DNA from: Pristiophorus japonicus
Lineage: Eukaryota
Direction of reading: 5' to 3'
Length of the DNA stretch: 64,000 bases
Assembly: GCF_044704955.1 (NCBI RefSeq)
Contig: NC_092010.1
Span: 34,348,001 to 34,412,000 of the forward strand
Program-made: the position numbers and the translations under genes
Part shown: positions 23,901-35,900 of the stretch, piece by piece
Position numbering within the stretch: position 1 is the first letter of the stretch
Layout of the letters: every line of letters begins with the position of its first letter
Notes under the pieces: model-generated
Told to the model about the DNA's origin: nothing
Databases searched by the model: none
Seen by the model: the letters and a program-made list of their open reading frames with translations, nothing else

Positions 23901-26900
23901 AGGCTATTTATACTTGCTCTTAATGAAACTTTCTTTGGTGCAGTGGGAAGAATGAACTGCTCAGGATCTTTGAAATTGATGGCTGGGAAAATGATGAATG
24001 GCTTGTCACAAGGAATTGATACATTAGTTTGTTTTGACTTGTCTTCCAGGGAAGTACCAGCAAGTAGTGGATGGTCCCTCCTCTCTGCTCGTTATTGGCA
24101 CAACAGATATCCCATTAGGTTCCTATACCATGGAGGTAGCTGTTTATCATTACCGTGGACGTGAGAAATTCATTCCAATCGGAAAAGCTACATCGCAGTT
24201 TACAATCACGGGTAAGAGGATGGATTGGATAGTGAAGCTATTTGTCAAAGTGGGTGGTTTGAAAGATGCTTGAAAGTTAGCTGTTGGAAGCTCAATCAAT
24301 GCACATGCGTCTTTGGTCATAGAAGCCTCTGGTAGCCTGTACAGACAAACTGAAGTATTCAAAGGAGTATTTGGTACAATGCGAAAGCAGTACATACCCC
24401 TAAAAGGCAAAGACTCGACTTGTGTAGTTAACCAACCATGATCCACAAGTGAGGTAGCAGACAAGGGAAAATGGAACTCTAGCAGATCCAAGCCCACAAC
24501 CTCCACCATTGAGAAGGGCAAGGGCAGCAGGTACCTGGGAAACCTCCAAGTTCCATTACAAGTCTCACACCATCTCTGCGCTCCTCCAAATCTGGCCTCT
24601 TGCGCATCCCTGATTTAAATACTGTGGCAATAAGAGCGGGTCAGAGGCTGGGTATTCTGCGGCGAGTGTCTCACCTCCTGACTCCCCAAAGCCTTTCCAC
24701 CATCTACAAGGCACCAGTCAGGAGTGTGATGGAATACTCTCCACTTGCCTGGATGAGTGCAGCTCCAACAACACTCAAGAAGCTTGACACCATCCAGGGC
24801 AAAGCAGCCCGCTTGATCAGCACCCCATCCACCACCTTCAACATTCACTCCCTCCACCACCGGCGCACCGTGGCTGCAGTGTGCACCATCTACAAGATGC
24901 ACTGCAGCAATTCGTCAAAACTTCTTCGGTAGCACCTCCTAAACCCGCGACCTCTATCACCGAGAAGGACAAGGGCAGCAGGCGCATGGGAACACCACCA
25001 TCTCCACGTTCCCCTCCAAGTCACACACCATCCTGACTTGGAAATATATCGGCTGTTCCTTCATCGTCACTGGGTCAAAATCCTGGAACTCCTTCTCTAA
25101 CAGCACTGTGGGAGCACCTTCACCACACGGACTGCAGCGATTCAAGAAGAAGGCCCATTACAACCTTCTCAAGGACAGCTAGGGATGGCCTTTCCAATGA
25201 CACCCACACCCCGAGAATAAATTAAAAAAAAACTCGGGTAGCTATAAAAATCAATAGGGATACAAAGAAAGTAATGAGGTGCAAAATGAATATAAAAACA
25301 GACTTGCAAGGAATATCAAAGCGAACAGCAAAAGTTTTTATAAATATATTAAGAGAAAGAGTGGTAAAGGGGAAGGTGGGCCCAATAAAAACAGATGCAG
25401 GCAAGACTATAATAGACAACAAGGAAATTGCAGACATGTTAAATGAGTACTTTGTATTCGCTTTCAGAGTAAAGGAAAAGAACAAAATACCAGCAGTACA
25501 AGGGAACCTACAAAGAAGTCAAGGGAAGGAACTTAGTGGATTTAATATAAATTTTTAAATGGTAATGGAGAAAATAATGGGACTTAAGATAGATAAATCT
25601 CCAAGACCTGGTAGTTTCCACCCCAGATATTATAAGAAATAGATGAGAAAATTGCAGATGCATTAATCATAATTTTGCAAAGTGCTCTAGATTCAGGAAT
25701 TACGCCTTTTGGATTGGAAAATTGCAACTGTCACTCCATTACTTAAGAAGGGAGTCAGTTTAACATCAGTTGTGGGAAAGTTACTGGAATCTATCACCAG
25801 AGACAGAGTGACCGAGCATTTGGAAAAGTATAAGCTGATCAAAGAGAGTCAGCATGGATTTGTGAAGAGTAGGTCATGTCTGACTAATCCAGTTGAATTT
25901 TTTGAGAAGGTCACTAGTATGGTGGCTAGGGGAGTGTCTATGGGAGTTTTTATATGGACTTCCAGAAGGCATTTAATAAGGTTCTGCACAAGAGATTAGC
26001 ACAAATGAGAGCGCACGGAATTGTTGGTAACTTTGTGAAATGGGTCGGTAATTGGTTGCGAGGGAGGGGACAGAGAGTAGGGATAAAGGGAATTGGTGAG
26101 ATGCAATAAGTAACGTTCCCCAGGGATTTGCACTGGGACCTCAGCTTTTCACCATGCATATTAATGACTTGCAGTTTCAGCAAAATGATACCAGGGCTTA
26201 AAAGGTCAAATTATGAGGTTAGGTCGCAGAAACTTGGTTTGTATTTCCTGGAGTTCAGAAGGTTTAGGGGTGATCTCATCGAGGTCTTTAAAATGATAAA
26301 GGAATTTGATAGGGTAGATACAGAGAAACTATGTCCTCTGGTGGATGAATCAAGAACTGGTGACAGATTAGTAAAAGGGGAGGTACAACGAGACCTGGGT
26401 GTCATGGTACATCAGTCATTGAAGGTAGGCATGCAGGTACAGCAGGCAGTAAAGAAGGCAAATGGCATGCTGGCCTTCATAACGAGGGGATTTGAGTATA
26501 GGAGCAGGGAGGTCTTACTGCAGTTGTACAGGGCCTTGGTGAGACCACACCTTGAGTATTGTGTGCAGTTTTGAGGAATCTGAGGAAGGATATTCTTACT
26601 ATTGAGGGAGTGCAGCGAAGGTTCACCAGACTGATTCCTGGAATGGCAGGAGTGACATAAGAAGAAAGACTGGATCGACTAGGCTTATATTCACTGGAAT
26701 TTAGAAGAATGAGAGGGGATCTCATAGAAACATATAAAATTCTGACAGGATTGGACAGGTTAGATGCAGGAAGAATGGTCACAGTCTTAGGATAAGGGGT
26801 AAGTCAATTAGGACCGAGATGAGGAGAAACTTCTTCACTCAGAGAATTTAGAACCTGTGGAATTGTCTACCACAGAAAGTTGTTGAGGCCAGTTCATTAG

Positions 26901-29900
26901 ATATATTCAAAAGGGAGTTAGATGTGGTCCTTACGGCTAAAGGGATCAAGGGGTATGGAGAGAAAGCAGGAATGGGGTACTGAGGTTGCATGATCAGCCA
27001 TGATGATATTGAATGGTGGTCAGGCTCAAAGGGCCGAATGGCCTGCTCCTGCACCTATTTTCTATGTTTCTATGTTTCTATATTTTATAAGTAGAGCCAG
27101 GTCATTCAGGAGTGAAATCAGGAAGCACTTTTTCACACTAAGGTCAACTGAAGTATGACCTTGTGTGCAAGGTTTTGGATAATGTGTGCTAGGTTTTGGA
27201 TAATGTGTGCTCAGAATGAACAAAAGAGCTCTTGTACTACTGATAAGCTCACTGGAAATCGAAATGGTATGAGATGCCTCCTCTGCTCCTGCTGTCTGAC
27301 TGACTAATAATATTCTGGCAGACCAGTTAGCTCACGATACAAACTAGGAATCGGGTTGGAAAATAAAATTAGAAGCAAGAGCAAACACAGCATTAGATTA
27401 CAATAATGTACTTAAACTTAGAGTGTTTCAGCACAATAAAAACATCTCCATTCTGGTTCCCATCCTATTTGCACGCCTAAATTGGACCTATGTTTGTGAC
27501 ACAGAAAGAAAGACTTGCATTTATATAGCGCCTTTCACGACCACCAAATGTCTCAAAGCGCTTTACAGCCAATGAAATACTTTTTGGAGTGCAGTCACTG
27601 TTGTAACGTGGGAAATGCAGCAGCCAATCTGCGCACAGCAAGCTCCCACAAACAGCAATGTGAAAATGACCAGATAATCTGTTTTAGTGATGTTGATTGA
27701 GGGATTAATATTGGCCAGGACACTGGGGATAACTCCCCTGCTCTTCTTGGAAATAATGCCATGGGATCTTTTACTTCCACCTGAAAGAGCAGACGGGGCC
27801 TCGGTTTTAATGTCTCATCCGAAAGACAGCACCTCCAACAATGCAGCACTCCCTCAGCACTGCACTGGCAAAAGAAAAGACTTGCATTTATATAGCACCT
27901 TTCATGTCCACCGGACGTCCCAAAGCGTTTTACAGCCGATGAAGTACTTTTTGAAGTGTAGTCACTGTTGCAATGTGGGAAACCTGGCAGCCAATTTGCG
28001 CACAGCAAGCTCCCACAAACAGCAAAGTGATAATGACCAGATAACAAAGTAGTTCATATGTGAACTTGGCTTTTCAGTGAGACTTTTACTCTGCCCCATG
28101 GCCCGACAAGAACTAAACTGCATCAAGAGCGCGCAGTTCTGAAACATATATGCCCAAGATCCCACTTTGATCTAAAAGCTGTTCCCTTTAGAAAATGCTC
28201 AGTAGACAATTCTGGTAGATTTACACGTTGAATACGCTTGCAGACCAGTCCTACAAGATGACAAGCTAGCAGCTTGTAAGATTCTTCCTTCTTTCATTTC
28301 ATTTATGCCTGCTACTTCGCTGCTCCCCCTCCCCATCTCCAATCTTGGACAAGGCTAACCAATATCTAAAATCCACTCTGAGGCCGAAACAAATACTTGT
28401 CCTCGTATGCAGCCACTTACCCGTTAAATGTGCACATCTTTATTTGTACCCACTGGCCAGATTCTCTGCTTCCTGAATTAGACTTGCTCCCTGCACAAGG
28501 CCAAAGCTACATTGTCAGCTATGAATAATTATTCAAATAAGCTGAAGTGGAAAATTAGGGATAGTCAGTGCATCATCATCATCATAGGCAGTCCCTCGAA
28601 ATCGAGGAAGACTTGCTTCCACTCTAAAAGTGAGTTCTCAGGTGACTGAACAGTCCAATGCGGGAATTACAGTCTCTGTCACAGCTGGGGCAGACAGTGG
28701 TTGAAGGAAAGGGTGGGTGGGGAGTCTGGTTTGCTGCACGCTTCTTCCGCTCCTTGTGCTTGATTTCTGCATGCTCTTGGCGATGAGACTCGAGGTGCTC
28801 AACGCCCTCCCGGATGCTCTTCCTCCACTTAGGACAGTCTTTGGCCAGGGACTCCCAGCTGTCGGTGGGGATGTTGCACTTAATCAAGGAGGCTTTGAGG
28901 GTGTCCTTGAAACGTTTCCTTTGCCCACCTGGGGCTCGCCTGCCGTGTAGGAGTTCCGAGTAGAGCGCTTGCTTTGGGAGTCAGTGCACTGTGCTGTTGG
29001 TTAACTTTGCACCAGCAATGCCGCACAAAAGCCTCAATTGTGCTGGAAGTGGAAAATCATCCCTTAAGTTCCCATCAAGAAAGTAAACCAAATTCAGTTC
29101 CTAATCGCCATAGGTATTATATCTCTTGACACTGATAGTGCTTCACTAAGAATCTCCTTAGTCTGTGTCTATGACTTCCTGTATTTCATTCAGGATGGGG
29201 GATGATGAAATTGTTACGTCCTGACTCTAATGTACTGACATACACGAGACACATGCTGCAGTCAAGGTCACTCAGGACCTGCACCTTTAATTCCAGCTCT
29301 CCAGTGCTGCACTTGCCTGAGACCTCCCTTTTTATACCACAGTGGGACAGGTATGGAGTGTCTCCTGCAAGTGCACCCCTGGTGGTAAGGTATGCTTATT
29401 GTTACAGGTCATATCCAGTTACAATCATGTATAGCATGGTAAGATACAGTTATATACAGTATTGTGAGATACATGACATCACCCTCCCCCAAGGTCTTAT
29501 TGCCTTTATAGATTCAGTCTCTCAGGTGGTCTGCGCTCTCACGTCTTAGTTGTGGTTCAGTTGTTTGCTTTGGTGCCTGTTTTTCGTTCGGTGTGATTGC
29601 TGGTATCTCGCCTGGGCTGTCTGTTTCGTTCGGTGTGATTGCTGGTATCTCGCCTGGGCTGTCTGTTGAGACTGCCCTTTCCTCAGGTTGTTCCACCTGT
29701 CTGTTCACCAGGTGTGGTGTGAGTTCCACATTGTAGTCTGCCTCTGGTTCTTTAGTGTTATCAGTGAATCTACTTTTTACTTGGTCGACATGCCTCCGGC
29801 AGGTTTGGCCATTGTCCATTTGTACAACCAGTAGCCTGTTTCCCTCTTTGTTTGTTACTGTCCCTGCAAGCCATTTGGGACCCCGGCCATAGTTTAGCAC

Positions 29901-32900
29901 AAACACTTTGTCCCCTATCTCATTCCACCTCCCCCTTGAATTTCGGTCATGGTACTCAGTTAGCTTCTGACACTTAGCCTCAACAATTTCATGCATGTCT
30001 GGGAGGATTAACGAGAGCCTAGTCTTTAAGGTTCGTTTCATCAATAGTTGCGCGGGGGGAACCCCAGTGAACGAATGCGGACCAGATCTGTATGCCAGCA
30101 GCAGTCGCGACAGGCGGCTCTGCAGCTTGGGACCTTGGATTCTGAGCATGCCTTGTTTAATGATCTGCACTGCTCGCTCCGCCTGGCCATTGGAGGCAGG
30201 CTTGAAAGGTGCCGCCTTAACGTGATTTATACCGTGGTCAACTATAAAATCGTGAAACAAATCGTGAAATTCTGCGCTGGTGAAGCACGGACCATTATCA
30301 CTGACCAATATGTCAGGAATGCCGTGCATTGCAAACATGGTTCTAAGGCTCTCCACAATGGTGGAGGTGGTGCTCGAGTTTAAAATGGTGCACTCGATCC
30401 ACTTTGAAAATGCATCGACGACTACGGGGAACATTTTGCCCATGAATGGGCCCGCATAGTCTACATGCACCTGCGACCACGGTTTGGTGGGCCAGGGCCA
30501 GGGGCTTAGGGGGGCCTCCCTGGGGGCATTACTGAATTGGGCACAAATGGTGCACCGACGGACGCAGAGCTCCAAGTCCGCGTCAATGCCAGGCCACCAG
30601 ACATGAGATCTGGCTATGGCCTTCATAAGGACGATCCCCAGGTGCTCACGATGGAGCTCCCAGACAAACGCCTCCCTGCCTCGTAAGGGCATAACTACTC
30701 GGCTGCCCCACATCAGGCAGTCTGCCTGTAGTGAGAGTCCATGCATGCGCCTATGGAAGGGTTTGACCTCCTTGGGGCAGGCATCGCGAGCCTCTGCCCA
30801 GTCACCGGTTAAAACGCATCTTTTAACTAGAGATAACGTGGGGTCGCTGGTCGTCCAGGATCTGATTTGGCAAGCCGTCATGGGCGAACCTGCGGATTCA
30901 AAGGTATTGATTGCCACGACCATCTCACAGTTCTGTTCGTTGGATCCTTCTGTGGTCGCCAGGGGTAGCCTGCTAAGCGCGTTGGCACAGTTGTCTGTGC
31001 CTGGTCTGTGCCTTATCGTAAGCCGCCAGCATGAGTGCCCACCGCTGAATGCGCGCCGAGGCGTTGGCGTTGATTGCCTTGCACTCCTCGGGTAGTAGGG
31101 ACGTGAGGGGTTTGTGGTCGGTTTCTAACGCAAACTTGGCCCCGAATAGGTATTGGTGCATCTTTTTGACACCGTACACATACGCGAGCGCCTCCTTCTC
31201 AACCATACCGTACCCACGCTCCGCCCGCGAAAGTGACCTGGAGGCATAAGCAACGGGCTGCAATTTACCCACATCATTGACGTGCTGTAAAACGCACCCG
31301 ACCCCGTACGCTGATGCATCACACGTAAGGACTAACTTTTTACCTGGGTCAAAAAAGGCTCTTGGAACATGGAAGGTTGCGTGCCTTATTGAAGGCGCGT
31401 TCTTGGGCGTCCCCCCAAAACCAATCGCACCTCTTTCTGAGTAGCACATAGAGAGGCTCCAGCAGCGTGCTCAAGTTCTGCATAAAGTTCCCAAAGTAAT
31501 TGAGTAGCCCGAGAAAGGTGCGCAGTTCCGAGACATTCCGGGGCCTGGGTGACAGGCGAATCGCTTCGGTTTTGGACTCGGTTGGGCGGATTCCATCAGC
31601 GCCAATCCTTCTGCCTCAACCTCAGGCGTGAGAAACAGACACTTAGATTTCTTAACTCTTAGCCCTACCCGATCCAATCGACTTAGTACTTCCTCAAGAT
31701 TGCGGAGATGAGAGTCGGTGTCCCTGCCCGTGATGAGTATGTCATCTTGAAACACAACCGTCCCCAGATGGACTTGAGCAGACTTTCCATGTTGCGCTGG
31801 AATATAGCAGCTGCCGACCTGATGCCGAATGGGCATCGATTGTAAACAAAAAGGCCTTGATGTGTGTTGATGGTGGTGAGTAGCTTAGACTCTTCGGTCA
31901 GTTCTTGCGTCATATACGCAGGTGTGAGGTCAAGTTTCGAGAAAACTTTTCCTCCAGCCAACGCGGCAAGTAGGTCCTCCGCTCTGGGCAACGAGTATTG
32001 GTCCTGAAGGGAGACCCTGTTTATGGTAGACTTGTAATCCCCACAGATCCATCTGGCTTCATGACGGGGACGATGGGGCTTGCCCAGTCGCTGAATTCCA
32101 CGGGAGAAATTATGCCTTCCCGCAGAAGCCGGTCCAGTTCGTTTTCAATCTTTTCCCTCATCACATAAGGCACAGCTCTAGCCTTGTGATGGACCGGTCT
32201 GGCATTCTGTGTGATGTAGATTCTAACTTTAGCCCCTTTGAAGGTGCCCACACCTGGCTGAAAGACATGTTCAAAACGGCTTAGAACTGTTGAGCAGGAG
32301 GTCCGTTTCTCCGACGACATGGCGTGAACATTATCCCATTTCCAATTAAGTTCTGCTAGCCAGTTTCTCCCCGGGGACAATCCACAGGGAAAGTCGGTTC
32401 ACCATCCCTTTGTGTGTGACTGAGAGCATGGCGCTGACAAGGACTGGGACGATTTCGTTAGTATAGGTCCTTAGTTTGGTGTCGATCTTTGTGAGTTTTG
32501 GTCTGTTGCTTTTGTGCGGCCACAGCTGTTCAAATTGTTGAACGCTCATGAGGGATTGACTGGCCCCCGTGTCCAGTTCCATGTTGACGGGTATCCCGTT
32601 GAGTAGAACCTTCATCATAATTGGAGGCGTCTTGGTGTAAGAACAGTGGACATTGATCGTGTTAACCCGCTGTACCTCGGCGTTCCGTGCACTATTCCAA
32701 CCGTCTTCTGGTCCGCTTTCCGACCCTTCCAATTCGTATGCCAGCCGAGCTGCTGTTTTTCTGCACATGCGAGCCAGATGCCCTGTGTAGTTGCAGTTTC
32801 TGCAAATGGCATGCTGAAATCGACACACCCTGGTTGAGTGCCTTCCCCCACATCTCCAACACAGACCGCTTCCATTGTTTCCGAAGGATGAGCTGCGTCT

Positions 32901-35900
32901 GGCTGATCTCTCTTGAGCTTCTCTCAGTCTGTTGTTGATTGCTCGCATTGTGGGTTGATGAGGTGTGATCGGCTGTTCATGTGGCCCTTGATTTTGATGG
33001 CTTCTGGCGCCACTGTCTGCTGTTGAAGGCCTGCTCTCCTGCCTTTGTCTGTGTGTGGGGGTAGCGGTTTGTTTCACAATGTGAACCCCTTGTTCCGATG
33101 CCTCGTTGGTTGTCGTACCCAAAGTATAGATCAGCCTCGTTTCTTCTTCGCCTGCCAAGAATGTCTGTGCGACTAGTACTGCTGCCTCTAGAGTCAAGTT
33201 CTTAGTCTCTATAAGCTTTCGGAATATGCCTGCGTGGCCTATTCCTTCAATAAAAAAGTCTCTCAGTACTTCTCTCCTTAGTTCATCGGGGAACTCACAT
33301 GAACTAGCCAGCCTCTGAAGTGCCGCCACGAAGTCGGGTATGCTTTGGCCCACGCAGCGTCTGTAGTTGTAGAACCTATGTCTGGCCATGTGTAGGCTGC
33401 TCGCTGGCTTCAGGTGATCTCTCACCAGTGTGCTCAACTCCTCAAACGACTTGCTTGCTGGTTTCTCGGGTGCCAGCAGATCTTTCATTAAAGCGTATGT
33501 TTTCGAGCCACAGCTGGTCAAGAGATGGGCTCTTCTCTTGTCTGCCTTATCGTCACCCAGCCAGTCTTTGGTCACAAAGCTTTGCTGGAGCCTTTCTATA
33601 AAGTCATCCCAATTGTCTCCAGCATTGTATTTCTCATCTGAGCTGTTGGTAGCCATTCTGTGGATTCTGTGATCCCGTAACTCGTCAACACTGTTAAGTC
33701 CTGACTTTAATGTACTGACTTACACGAGACACATGCTGAAGTCAAGGTCACTCAGGACCTGCACCTTTAATTCCAGCTCTCCAGTGCTGCACTTGCCTGA
33801 GACCTCCCTTTATATACCACAGTGGGACAGGTATGGAGTGTCTCCTGCAAGTACACCCCTGGTGGTAAGGTATGCTTATTGTTACAGGTCATATCCAGTT
33901 ACAGTCATGTATAGCATGGTAAGATACAGTTATATACAGTAATGTGAGATACATTACAGAAATATGATCCCCTCTTCCCTCCCCCCGCCCCTTATATTTT
34001 CCAGAGGTGAGGGATTGCAATTATTATAAGATGGTACTTTGACCATAATTGTTCTTGGCGTCCAGTAAAGTCTAAGTCAGTGTGGCTTGATTTAAAAGTG
34101 TGGACTTCACGTAAAAAAACTTTTAATAAAGTTTGCAAGTTGATATAGTAAGTTGATCCTTTTCTACAACATCTGACAGAATGGCTTCCATCAATGTGAT
34201 AAGTTGTTGCATCTGAGTTTTTCTGGATTGGAAACTAGAAATTCTTGTGCCTTTTTAATAACCTGGTCGCTTGGCATTCAATTTTTTTTTAACTTCTGAG
34301 TTGAATTCTGCACTAATTTGCTTTTATTTCTCCTTGCAGATCAGATTCCATTCTCTGTTGAGATTTCCCAGATTAGCGATCTCAATGATGCAGACAACAG
34401 CTTCATACAGAACCGGGCTATTCTATTTGGAATTAAACTCCACGACCCTAGTCTATATTTAAAAGATGCAGATGTCAGCTTTACCTGGGATTTTGGAGAT
34501 GAAAGTGGTATCCTCATCTCACGGCTCCACACAGTGACACACACCTACCTCTCAACAGGAGCATTCAAACCACAAGTAGCCCTACAGGCTGCCATCCCAT
34601 CAACTGTGTGCAGCACAGCCAATCCAACCACTGAGAATTCAATTCCAATGATCTCGACTATAACCTCTGACCCCACATCACCTCTACCTGTCACTGGATC
34701 CTCTGTTGTGACTCCTGGTCTGATTGTATCCCCAGTAACTAGCCAGCCTACTGCAGGGGAGGTTACTACAGGTAGGAGCAACCCAGGACAATAAACACTG
34801 GAGTAGAAGCTGAAATGGTTCATAGTTCACTTTTAGTTTTCATGTTTGCATGTTGCAGCTGAGTAAGGCAACAGTAATCTGGATCACTCTCGTGTTGGCT
34901 CAAAGGTGCAGATTCACATTCTTTCAAGGGAAAAGTATTAAGAAAAACTTGCATTTATATAGTGCCCTTAACGTAGTAAAAGTCCCAAGGCACTTCACAA
35001 GAGCGCTATCAAACAAAATCTGACACCGAGCCACAAAAGGAGATTTTAGGACAGGTGACCAAAAGCCTGGTCAAAGAGGTAGGTTTTGGAGAATCTTGCA
35101 GGAGGAAAGAGAGATAGAGAGATGGAGAGATTAACAGAGGTAATTCCAGAGCTTGGGGCCTAGGCAGCTGAAGGCATAGCCACCAATGGTAGAGAGATGA
35201 AAATCGGGGATGCAGAAGAGGCCAGAATTAGAGGAGCACAGAGATCTCGGAGGGTTGTAGGGCTGGAGGAGGACACAGAGATAGAGCGATGCCATGGAGG
35301 GATTTGAAAACAAGGATGGGAATTTTAAAATCGAGGTGTTGCTGGACCGGGAGCCAATGTAGGTCAGCGAGCACAGGGGTGATGGGCGAATGGGACTTGG
35401 TGCGAGGTAGGACACAGGGCAGCAGAGGTTTGGATGACCTCAAGTTTATGGAGGGTGCAAGATGGGAGGTCGGCCAGGAGAGCATTGGAATAATCGAGTC
35501 TAAAGGTAACCAAGGCATGGATGAAGGTTTCACCAGCAGATGGGTGGGGACGGGCGATGTTAGAGTTGGAATTGGATGGTCTTGGTGATGGAGAGGATGT
35601 GGGGAATTTATCTGTTGGAATTTTGAAGCATTATCTTTATTTATTTCTAAAACTAGCAATGTCATGTCAGTTCTGCCTATAAATGGTAAGGTCAAACTAT
35701 TCTGCACTGTGCTTGAGGGAGTAGATTAGTCTGTCGGCAGTGGTGACTTGTTTCTGGGTTTTCAATCTATCTAGCCATCTTTTTGGCTGGCTAAAGATTG
35801 TAATGTGATGTCGTCAAACTGGATACTGTTCCAATCGAGCTATTTTTGTTGAGTTTCCCCCTGCCACTAAAATTCAAGTCTTGTTATGGCGAAGAAAGCA

